From: an uncultured Methanomassiliicoccales archaeon
Lineage (GTDB): Archaea; Thermoplasmatota; Thermoplasmata; Methanomassiliicoccales; UBA472
DNA: 64,000 bases
Direction: 5' to 3'
NCBI GenBank assembly: GCA_963695345.1
Contig: OY968769.1
Span: 448,001-512,000 of the forward strand
The position numbers were made by a program, and so were the translations under genes. Positions 47,591 to 56,696 of the stretch are shown one piece after another; positions within the stretch are counted from its first letter, which is position 1, and every line of letters starts with the position of its first letter. Below the pieces are notes generated by a model. It was not told the DNA's origin. It saw only the letters and a list, made by a program, of their open reading frames with translations, and made no database searches.

Positions 47591-48000
47591 ACAGGCATTG
47601 AATTGAGAGTTCTATGGACAGAAATGACTGTCCATTCTAAATCATTTTCATCCCTTTACGATAAAATGTATCAAAATGATGAGAGTTAAGAATGGATGGA
47701 ATTCGTTCGCTAATTTGATCAGGAAGGAAAAATCTGGAGAGGAATGCCTTCAACAATTCTGTCCATAACAATTCATGGGATGATGCATGGGAACGTTTTC
47801 GAACAATAGGCTCGCCCGGTCTTCTTTGGACTTGTTATTTCATGTAGACAATCACCAAAATGGAAGCCGTTCATAGCCGAGAGGATTAGATGGTGTCTGA
47901 TCCGGCCACCGTGAAGGCGGCATACTGACAAATATGGAATTAGAATTGAGATAAGATGCATCCATAATTGTCAGCGCCGGTTGAAAATTCACCAGATTTG

Positions 48001-49569
48001 AAGGCTGTCCCATTATTGAGTTTTCAGAGTGCCGGTTGAATTTTTACTATCAAATTTGTTCGATATCTTAACGCCTGTTGAGTAAGATCCAACCGGCCGT
48101 TCCTCTTCTGACAGAATCAGGTCCGCAGTCCGATCCTATTGGTCCATAGCTTCCTCAGGTTATGGCCCATACAAGCCAGCGTCCACTCGCTCCTTACTCT
48201 TCTTAAACCCTTACAGAAGAATTCTCGCACTCCGCGATTCTCTTTGATGTTTCCGAAGAAGCACTCGACGGTGCGACTTCGCCTGGAGAAGATGGCATGA
48301 CCCTCATCGGTGAGCAGCTTGGCCGCCATCTCCTCCATGACCGTTGGGGCTCGTTTCTTGATCCGTGGCGGGCGTTTCATCCTGGTGTCGTAGCTTAACT
48401 GGGTGACGATGTACAGGTCGACTCCGTCGCCCTGTTCGACCATTGGAGTATTGAAGTAGCCAGCATCGGCCAGAAGTTTTTCAGGCCGTCTGTCCTTAAA
48501 TTTCTCAATCTCGTCCAACATCGGCAACAGCTGATTCATATCGTTGCAGTCCTGGACGGCGACCTCGGCTACGATTACCTGGCTGTCGCAATCGACCACC
48601 GCCTGAGCATTGTACGCCTGGGCGTATCCGTTCTGAGTAATCATGATCCTGCACTCTTGGTCCGATGGATTCCTCCGCTCTGATCTCTTCTCGAGCTCCA
48701 TCTTCGACTTCCTGCTCCTGACCTTCCTCCCCTTCGCTGCCCATTCTTCCTCCAGGCGGAGCCGTTCCTCGATCTTCGCCTTCTGTTCCGCTTCCGCCTT
48801 CTCCTCTGCCTCCTTGAGCTGGCGGAGTGTATCGGCGATACGCTGCCTCCTTCCATCCCTGCGTCTCAGGGACGGCGGCAACGGATTCCCGTCATCATCG
48901 CCAAGTCGATCATCCTCGTCTTTATCGGCCTTTCCGCCTCTTTCATTATCCGATCGATCCTCTCGTCGATCTCGTCTAGCTCCTTCTGCAGGTCCTCCTT
49001 CTCCATGTTCTTCTAGATGTTCGCGTTCGCCTTGATCTTCGTTCCATCCAGTGAAACAACCTGGAGATCGGCTAGACCTTCTTCCGCGCAGAGCTGGACG
49101 ACCTGGCGGAACGCTTCCGCATGCTCGGTGCGGAAGCGGCAGATTGTTCTGAAATCGGGAAAGTTATTTGATGCCAGCACACGGAACGCAATATTCTCCC
49201 TCGTTGCTAAAAGAGATCTGTCTGGATGATCGAAGGCCTAAGCTGTAGGCATAGGCCAATATCTTGACCATCATCTTCGGGTCGTAGGGCGGGTAGCCAG
49301 GTGCTGGGGCATATCGGGCATAGATCGATGCCAGGTCCGGTTCATCGATCACTTCGGAGATGAAGTAGGCCAGATGATCCTCGGGTAGCCATTCATGAAG
49401 GTCCGGAGGCAATAAAAGCGTCTGGTCGGGATCGTATCGACGGAACGTCTTTTTCCGAGCTGGCATGATATCATTCACGCCATCTGAATTTATTTAAAAA
49501 TTGTAACCAGATTTGTTACTAAATCCAAATATAAATTAGTCAGAATCTATATAAAACTGTGACAGTCTC
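48001..49569 (-). mobile_element. IS1182-family insertion sequence
   Basis: Transposase motifs; imperfect terminal IRs AAGGCTGTCCCATTATT (48001) vs GAGACTGTCACAGTTTT (reverse complement of 49553-49569), 12/17; no clear target duplication. Confidence 0.75.
48117..49478 (-). pseudogene. IS1182 transposase with two homopolymer frameshifts (~49210, ~48932) and an in-frame TAG (49013-49015)
   Basis: LLLPPDLHEWLPEDHLA, PYDPKMM, SSRQI, PDFRTI, LDGTKIKANA, YNAQ, LADAGY, VECFFGNIK, HNLRK. Confidence 0.8.
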
Positions 49570-50199
49570 CAGAAATGGATAAAATTCAACTGCCACTAAC
49601 AATCATGAGCGAAAAAACTGAACGACAATAGTATAATATCCGTTAACATGATCATAAATGCGGAGGAAAATGATCGAGCTAGAGAAGATATTTGGTCCAT
49701 CAAGTCAGTAGTAATTGAATAGGAAGGACGATTAAAAATTCCTTACTATGATTATCTATTGGAATATGATGATTAGTTTAGAGAAGAATATTGTGACCCA
49801 TTGGATTGGAGTTCACGGCAGATGTGGTGATTTTTGTTCTTTACCGATTGGCCATTTAGGGCCTCCTCTCTCCTTTGCCATTCTAAAGACGTTCAGGATT
49901 GTACCAGATAAAACCGTCGGCCGTTGGGTGAAATAGGAAGTAATGAAGAAGATGCTCGTCTAGGTTCCTAAACATAATCCTAGGAGGTCAGATGAACGAT
50001 GAAACACTATTCATTTACTATAAATAATTATGAGGTATTAAAAGAATGATTTATATACTGATGTTACAAGACTTAACAGTCAATAGGTTAAATTTATATA
50101 TAATAAATTAAAGAGGAAGTCAATGTCTAATAATATTTATATATAAAGAATCTCGATACTCGAATAGACGTTAATCAAGTCACAATCGATGTCAGGTGG

Positions 50200-50640
50200 A
50201 TGGGCGTCGGCGGAATACCGATGTTCGAGACCCCGACGATCGATGCGGTCTCCCATGCTATCAAGGCAATGGTCGAGATCGCTCATGTCGATGGAATATA
50301 GGTTGGGGTCGGCGACCCTATGGGTATGCCGATCGAACACGTCATGACATCCGGTATGAGCGGACTGCGCGCAGGCGGAGATTTGGTCGCACGCATGGAA
50401 TTCGCCATGAGCATGCGCCTGAAGGATGCCAAGGAATACGTGGCTAAGAAGCTGGGAGTGAACCCGATGGACCTGAGCAACGAACATGCCATGAGAGAGG
50501 TCAGGGAAGCGTTCGGCCTGGGCGTCATCACCTCGGTGGCGGGTGCCCCGAAGGAGATAGCAGCGAAGATGAACATCGAAAAGGCGCTGGACATCGAGAT
50601 TAACTGCTGCGAGAAGTTCAGGAACCAGCTGAAGAAGTGA
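50200..50640 (+). pseudogene. mtbB: 5'-truncated second mtbB (C-terminal 146 codons, Pyl TAG retained at 50299-50301)
   Basis: [20 protein letters not shown]...[14 protein letters not shown]...AAKMNIE, collinear with 45552-45993. Confidence 0.85.
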
Positions 50641-50697
50641 GAATAGCCGGAACTAGCGATGAATAATTTGGTGGATTAAAGAAAGGAGGAGAAAACA

Positions 50698-52185
50698 ATG
50701 GGACAACACTACTACCCCGGAAGGGATAGATTGGAGGGCGTAAAGCTCGAGATGTTCAATACGGACGATCTCAGGCAGATCGATTACGCCAGTATGGAAG
50801 TGCTGCTGAACCCTGGCGTACAGGTTTCTGATGTAGAGGCAAGGAAGCTCTTCAAGGAAGCCGGATGCGAGGTCAACGAATCGACCAGGATCGTCAAGAT
50901 CCCCCAGTGGTTGGTCCGCAAGGCATTGATGATGGCGCCCTCGAAGTTCTATCTATACGGAAGGGACAAGAAGAACACAGTCCCCCAGGAACACAAAGGC
51001 AAGGTCCACTGGACCTGCTTCGGTACTGGGATCAAGATGTGTAACTACCTTGGACCAGGCAACTTCAAGACCGTCGACTCGACCGAGAAGGACGTCGCCA
51101 ACACCGCGAAGATCGTTGACTGGGCGGAGAACGTGGATTACTACTCACTGGCAGTGTCCGCAAGGGACTGGGCAGGAAAGGGCGCACAGGACGTGCACGA
51201 GACCCTCACCTCGCTGTCCAACACCACGAAGCACTTCCAGCACATCGACCCCGTCGGAGGCAACGTCGAATTCTACTGGGAAATCGCCAAGGCCTACTAC
51301 GGTGGCAACGAGGAGATGGCCCGCGCTAAGCCGATATTCTCGATGCTGCTATGCCCGACCAGCCCGCTGGAGCTGAGCTCCAACGCCTGTCAGGTCATCA
51401 TCAAGGGCGCCAGGTTCGGAATCCCGGTCAACGTCCTGAGCATGGCCATGTCCGGAGGGTCCTCGCCGATATTCCTGGCCGGTACCCTTGTCACCCACAA
51501 CGCCGAGGTGTTGGCAGGCATCACCCTGTCCCAGATCGCCCAGCCGGGCGCAAAGGTCTGGTACGGAAGCTCCACCACCACCTTCGACGTCAAGAGGGGA
51601 ACCGCTCCGGTAGGTTCACCAGAACTCGGAATGATCAGCGCCGCTGTGGCCAAACTTGGACAGTACTACGGACTGCCCACGTTCGTGGCGGGCATATAGG
51701 CTGACGCCAAGATACCTGATGTACAGGCAGGTCACGAGAAGACCATAACGACCCTTCTCCCCGCCCTCGCCGGTGCTAACACCATCTATGGTGCAGGTAT
51801 GCTTGAACTTGGCATGACATTCTCGATGGAGCAGCTTGTAATCGACAACGACATAATCGCCATGACGAAGAAAGTGATGTCCGGGATCCCGGTAAACGAG
51901 GAGACCATGGGAGTGGAATCGATCCAGAAGGTTGGAATCGGCAACAACTTCCTGGGACACAAGTCGACCAGGGCGAACATCAACCTACCGTCGGACCCGA
52001 TGCTGATCAACAGGGACATGATCGGAGACTGGACCGCGGCCGGATCGAAGGATCTGATAACCGTGGCCCACGAGAAGGTCCTGAACATCATGAAGACCCA
52101 CGAGGTAACACCAATCGACGCCGACCTGCACAAGGACATGGTCGCGATCATGAACAAGGCGGACAAGGCGTTCCAGGGTAACTAA
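50698..52185 (+). CDS. mttB: Trimethylamine methyltransferase, Pyl at codon 334 (TAG 51697-51699), 495 aa
   Basis: [44 protein letters not shown]. Confidence 0.95.
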
Positions 52186-52198
52186 GGGGGACAAATAA

Positions 52199-52858
52199 AT
52201 GTCAAAAGCAAACGAAATAATCGAGAAGGCGAAGAGCGCGGTCCTGGCATACGATCAGGAGGCCGCAGAGGAAGTGGCGCAGGAGGCGCTGAAGGCAGGG
52301 ATCAGCCCGGTCGATGTGATCCAGCTCGGATTCACAAAGGCAATGACGGAAGTCGGCGACAGGTATGCCGCCAAGGAGCTCTATTTGCCCCACGTCATCG
52401 CGGCCTCGGAAGCCATGACCGCCGGAGTGAAGATCCTCACCCCGGCCCTGGAAAAGATGGGCGGCGACCAGTCGAAGGGATTGGGGACCGTGGTCATCTG
52501 CACCATCGAGGGAGACATCCACTGCATCGGGAAGGACATCGTCGGCATCATGATGAAGGTCGCCGGATTCAACGTCATCAACCTGGGCAGGGACATCCCG
52601 GTCAAGGAGATCGTGGCGGCAGTGAAACAGCACAACCCATTGGCGGTCGGAACCTCCGCCCTGATGACCTCGACAATGGTCAACCAGATTGCCGTGGAAG
52701 AGATGCTCAAAGAACAAGGGATCAGAAAGGGCGTCAAGACCATGGTCGGCGGTGCTCCATGCACCCAGCAGTGGGCCGACAAGATCGGGGCCGACATCTA
52801 TGCCGAGAACGCGGGCGATGCGGTCAACCGGCTGAAGGCAGTCGTTGAGCAGAAGTAA
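52199..52858 (+). CDS. mttC: Trimethylamine corrinoid protein
   Basis: EGDIHCIGKDIV, SALMTSTM; follows mttB. Confidence 0.9.
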   Translation: MSKANEIIEKAKSAVLAYDQEAAEEVAQEALKAGISPVDVIQLGFTKAMTEVGDRYAAKELYLPHVIAASEAMTAGVKILTPALEKMGGDQSKGLGTVVICTIEGDIHCIGKDIVGIMMKVAGFNVINLGRDIPVKEIVAAVKQHNPLAVGTSALMTSTMVNQIAVEEMLKEQGIRKGVKTMVGGAPCTQQWADKIGADIYAENAGDAVNRLKAVVEQK

Positions 52859-52935
52859 AAGCGGTCGCGGCACCGCAACATAAACCCTTTTCATCAATCT
52901 TTCATCTTAACAGATAAATCTTAGGGGGGAAAAAC

Positions 52936-54006
52936 TTGGTGGATTTGGAAGAAAGGAGACAATTGGAACATAAGAAAAGGATCAGGATAGGGTATCTCAT
53001 GGCTCTGTTCTGCGCCATCCTGTGGGGCCTTTGGTACCTGCCGGGAAACGCCCTTTGGAGCTTGGAGCCGTTCTCGTCGATGTTCACTGCGGTGGATGCC
53101 ACCCATGGAGGCACGGTCGCCCTGATCGTTGTGGCGGTGCTGATATCTGGGTTCAACGCAATCACCGTGATTATCGCCCTGTTCATCTGGAATGGCGGAC
53201 TCGGCAAATATAAGGAGATGTACCGGACCGCCAGGCAGTTCAGGCCATGCACCAAGTACTACTTCTTCGCATCCATATTCGGCGGACCGATGGCGATCCT
53301 TGGTTCATTCATGGCCATGGGATTTGTCGGAGCGGCTTTCGCAGCGGTCGCGGCCCTGTTCTATCCGGTCGTAGGATCCCTGCTATCATATTACTGGCTC
53401 GGCCAGAAGGTATCGAGGAGGGCGCTCATAGGAATTCTGATCATCGTGTTCGGAAGCCTTGCTATCTACGCCGGAGGCCTGATAAACGACCTCACCAACG
53501 GAGGCGGCAACGTCATGGGCTACGTAGGTGGCCTGATGGCTGCGGCCGGCTGGGGCATTGAGGGAGCAGTAGCCGCTAAGGCACTGGACATTTCGGAACC
53601 GGACATCGGCATCACGCTCAGGTTCCTGGGTGAGAACATCATCTGGTGGGTCGTCGTCATACCGATACTATTCCTGCTGGGATTCCCGATGTACGACTAT
53701 GCGTTGCAGGTCTTTGAGCCGACGGTGCTGCTGGTCCTGCTGATGGCGGGTATAACCTTTGGTTTCTGTTATGTCGCCTGGTACAAATCCTTCCCCCTCA
53801 TCGGCGTGGGGAGAGGACAGGGCATTGGAAACCTCTACGGAATATTCGCAGTGGTATTCATCGCGTTGTTCGTCGGAACCATCCCGGAATGGACGATCTT
53901 GCTCGGAGGAGTGATGTGCATCATCGGCAGTTTGGTCATGTTCACCGAAGGCAGCATTGCGCTGGAATCGTTGAGACGTGACGAACCCAAGGGGGAAACG
54001 AAATGA
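52936..54006 (+). CDS. mttP: Trimethylamine permease (DMT/EamA family)
   Basis: ALFCAILWG.WY, FGGPMA, AAAGWGIEG, WYKSFPLIGVGRG; synteny. Confidence 0.8.
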   Translation: MVDLEERRQLEHKKRIRIGYLMALFCAILWGLWYLPGNALWSLEPFSSMFTAVDATHGGTVALIVVAVLISGFNAITVIIALFIWNGGLGKYKEMYRTARQFRPCTKYYFFASIFGGPMAILGSFMAMGFVGAAFAAVAALFYPVVGSLLSYYWLGQKVSRRALIGILIIVFGSLAIYAGGLINDLTNGGGNVMGYVGGLMAAAGWGIEGAVAAKALDISEPDIGITLRFLGENIIWWVVVIPILFLLGFPMYDYALQVFEPTVLLVLLMAGITFGFCYVAWYKSFPLIGVGRGQGIGNLYGIFAVVFIALFVGTIPEWTILLGGVMCIIGSLVMFTEGSIALESLRRDEPKGETK

Positions 54007-54290
54007 CGGCTGAATATCCGATCAAGTTCAGGGTCCTCGAGCTGTTCAGTGACGGCAAGGACCACTGGAACAGCGAGATAGTCAAGACCATCATGAAAGA
54101 GTACGGGATCACCTCGGACTTCGGCAGGGACTCCATCAACTTCGACCTCATCGAACTGGCCGCGGGCGGCATGATCAAGGAGATCGATGTCAAACTGGAT
54201 GACGGTTCCTACAAGAAGGAGGCGTTGCTGCACAAGTATGTGATCACCGACTTCGGGAAGGTCCGCCAGAAGGACACCTGTGTGATGTAA
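54003..54290 (+). CDS. Small winged-helix-like hypothetical protein coupled to mttP
   Basis: ATGA overlap; helix-helix-helix-wing pattern ending YVITDFGK. Confidence 0.65.
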   Translation: MTAEYPIKFRVLELFSDGKDHWNSEIVKTIMKEYGITSDFGRDSINFDLIELAAGGMIKEIDVKLDDGSYKKEALLHKYVITDFGKVRQKDTCVM

Positions 54291-54305
54291 TAAGGAGGAA
54301 ACAAA

Positions 54306-54443
54306 ATGACAAACGCAGAAGTAATGGTCGATTATTTCGCTAACGGTTTCATCCCAAGCTCCGACATACTCTACATGGTGGTCATCGTGGCGGTCGCCGC
54401 GATAGCTCTGTGGCAAGCGAGAGTATTCGTCGCTAAGTTCTGA
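54306..54443 (+). CDS. 45-aa single-pass membrane peptide (not in ORF track)
   Basis: AGGAGG RBS; MTNAEVMVDYFANGFIPSSDILYMVVIVAVAAIALWQARVFVAKF. Confidence 0.65.
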   Translation: MTNAEVMVDYFANGFIPSSDILYMVVIVAVAAIALWQARVFVAKF

Positions 54444-54662
54444 CGCATGGAAGGTATCTACCTGACGAAAGAACTGAGACCACAAACCCTTTCCCCATCT
54501 TTCCTTTCAATATACTATCAACAGACCGGGGCTCAGAAAATAATGAAAGAGACAAACCCGATATCATCGCCGGAATTCACCTATCCTGGATCAGAGCCAG
54601 ATAGCAAAGAAAACCTTAAATTCGGAGTCGTTCATCAATCCTTAGCTGAGCAATCTCACAAT

Positions 54663-54733
54663 GGAGGGTTGGTCAGGGACCGCCGGGCCTCTACAGCTAT
54701 GGCAGCCGGGTTCGATTCCCGGGCCCTTCGCCA
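54663..54733 (+). tRNA. pylT: tRNA-Pyl (anticodon CUA, 54691-54693)
   Basis: Acceptor GGAGGGT/GCCCTTC, G discriminator, encoded CCA; D-arm GGTC-AGG-GACC; interrupted anticodon stem; T-arm CCGGG-TTCGATT-CCCGG; upstream of pylS. Confidence 0.95.
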
Positions 54734-54771
54734 CTATTCTCAACGCATCCTCTTACCCCGAGGTGGATAGG

Positions 54772-55599
54772 ATGCCGATTATCTGGACCTCTTCCCAATC
54801 CCAGAGAATTCGAGAGCTGGGCGGGGAACCCAAGCAGAATGAGGAGTTCCCCACGGAGGAAGAGAGGGAGAAAGCTTTCTCGGTGCTAATCGAGAAGCTT
54901 CAATCTCAACACCGAAAGATGATCCGCGATCTCTCCGCCAATCCCCGCAGGCACCAGCTTGCCGAGCTGGAGGGTTCTTTGGCCAACATGCTTGTGGGCA
55001 AGGGATTCCTCGAAGTAAGGACTCCTACCATCATTTCCTACGAGGCCCTCAGGAAGATGGGGATCACGAAGGAGCACCCCCTCTACGAACAGGTCTTCTG
55101 GCTTGATGAGAAGAGGTGCCTGCGGCCGATGCTGGCACCCAACCTGTACTTTCTCATGAGACAACTGAAACGGAACGTGAAGATGCCGTTGATGATGTTC
55201 GAGATCGGGACCTGTTACCGCAAGGAGTCACACGGCAATTCTCACCTCGAGGAGTTTACCATGCTGAACCTCGTGGAGATGAGGCCGGACATTGACGCGA
55301 CAGAGCGGTTGAGAGAGCATATCGTGTCCGTCATGGACCTCATCGGCCTGAGATATGAACTGGTGGCCGCCGAGTCCGAGGTATATGTCAGCACCATCGA
55401 TGTGGAGGTCGGTGGTGTGGAGGTCGCATCGGGCGCGGTTGGACCCCATGTCCTTGACAAGGCCCACGGGATCACAGACCCATGGGCGGGAGTGGGGTTC
55501 GGGTTGGAACGCCTGCTTCTGATGAAGAGCGGCGACCTGAACATCAAGAAGGTGGGTCGGAGCCTGATCTACCTCAACGGAGCTAGGATCGATATCTGA
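54772..55599 (+). CDS. pylS: Pyrrolysyl-tRNA synthetase lacking the N-terminal domain (275 aa)
   Basis: LRPMLAPNLY, CYRKES..HLEEFTMLN, GFGLER; GAGGTGG RBS. Confidence 0.96.
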   Translation: MPIIWTSSQSQRIRELGGEPKQNEEFPTEEEREKAFSVLIEKLQSQHRKMIRDLSANPRRHQLAELEGSLANMLVGKGFLEVRTPTIISYEALRKMGITKEHPLYEQVFWLDEKRCLRPMLAPNLYFLMRQLKRNVKMPLMMFEIGTCYRKESHGNSHLEEFTMLNLVEMRPDIDATERLREHIVSVMDLIGLRYELVAAESEVYVSTIDVEVGGVEVASGAVGPHVLDKAHGITDPWAGVGFGLERLLLMKSGDLNIKKVGRSLIYLNGARIDI

Positions 55600-55601
55600 G
55601 G

Positions 55602-56696
55602 GTGAACAAGATGATTGCAGAGGATGATCTAGATATCATAATGTCAAAGGCCCGTGACGGGCGGGTTCTGGGCGATGGAGAGATCGCCTATCTCCTGGGC
55701 CTTCGCGATGAGCTGTCCGTCGGAAAGCTTTTCGAAGCGGCGCGCGACGTAAGGGACAGGAACTTCGGCCACAAGGTGTTCCTGTATGGCTTCGTTTACT
55801 TTTCGACCCACTGCCGGAACAACTGTTCCTTCTGCTTCTACAGAAGATCCAACGAAGAGAGCGTGAGGTACCGTAAGAACCGGGAGGAGATCATCGGCCT
55901 GGCCACTGCGCTGGAGGATTCCGGCATCCACCTGGTCGACCTGACCATGGGGGAGGACCCGCTGTACCACGGCAAGGCCGGCCACCACGAACTGATCGAC
56001 CTGGTCCAGAACGTGAACGATTCGGTCAACGTGCCCATCATGGTATCCCCTGGCGTAATGCCCAGGGAGATGTTCGCCTCGCTGCGGAACGCCGGGACGG
56101 ATTGGTTCGCGTGCTATCAGGAGACCCATAACCGTGAGCTCTTCAGCAAACTGCGCCCCGACCAGGACTACGACGTCCGCCTGAACCAAAAGACCTGGGC
56201 CGGGGAGGGGGGAATGCTGACGGAAGAAGGCATCATGATCGGCGTTGGAGAGACGATCGCCGACCGGGTGAACTCCATCAGGATGATGGGAAGGCTGGGA
56301 GTGCAACAGGTGAGGGCCATGACCTTCGTTCCGCAGGCGAACACCCCGATGCAGGGGATGCCTTCAACGTTGATGATCGAGGAATTGGTGACCCTGGCGG
56401 TCATGCGGCTGGTGCACCAGGATAAGCTCATCCCGGCCAGCCTGGACATCGAAGGAGTCAAGGGTCTGCGCCCACGATTGGATGCAGGCGCGAACGTGAT
56501 CACGTCCATAATCCCCCCTAGCAGAGGCCTGGCAGGAGTAGCCCAGCATGAACTGGACATTGAGAATGGGGAACGATCGAAGGGCAATATCGAGGACATG
56601 CTGGACGCGATCGGGATCAAGGTCGCCAGATTGTCCGAGTACACTGGCCTGATCGCCTCCCGGAAGGACAGGCTGGGAATCGAGGTGATCCAGTGA
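55602..56696 (+). CDS. pylB: Methylornithine synthase (radical SAM)
   Basis: YFSTHCRNNCSFCFYR, LTMGED, YQETH, IPASLDIEG. Confidence 0.95.
   Translation: MNKMIAEDDLDIIMSKARDGRVLGDGEIAYLLGLRDELSVGKLFEAARDVRDRNFGHKVFLYGFVYFSTHCRNNCSFCFYRRSNEESVRYRKNREEIIGLATALEDSGIHLVDLTMGEDPLYHGKAGHHELIDLVQNVNDSVNVPIMVSPGVMPREMFASLRNAGTDWFACYQETHNRELFSKLRPDQDYDVRLNQKTWAGEGGMLTEEGIMIGVGETIADRVNSIRMMGRLGVQQVRAMTFVPQANTPMQGMPSTLMIEELVTLAVMRLVHQDKLIPASLDIEGVKGLRPRLDAGANVITSIIPPSRGLAGVAQHELDIENGERSKGNIEDMLDAIGIKVARLSEYTGLIASRKDRLGIEVIQ

Noticed and set aside
47976-48097. Short GCCGGTTGAA-like repeats at the IS end as a CRISPR remnant
   Set aside because: Only 10-bp degenerate copies in mixed orientation, no regular spacers, no cas genes.
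49982-50027. AGGAGG followed by an 11-codon mini-ORF (MNDETLFIYYK)
   Set aside because: Too short to support; it overlaps the AT-rich promoter-like motif.
39973-52185. mtmB/mtbB/mttB as split genes or pseudogenes
   Set aside because: The breaks are in-frame TAGs at the canonical Pyl positions, with pylTSBCD present.
54661-54771. 37-codon N-terminal extension of PylS in the ORF track
   Set aside because: It overlaps the whole tRNA-Pyl gene, does not resemble PylSn, and ATG 54772 has its own GAGGTGG RBS.
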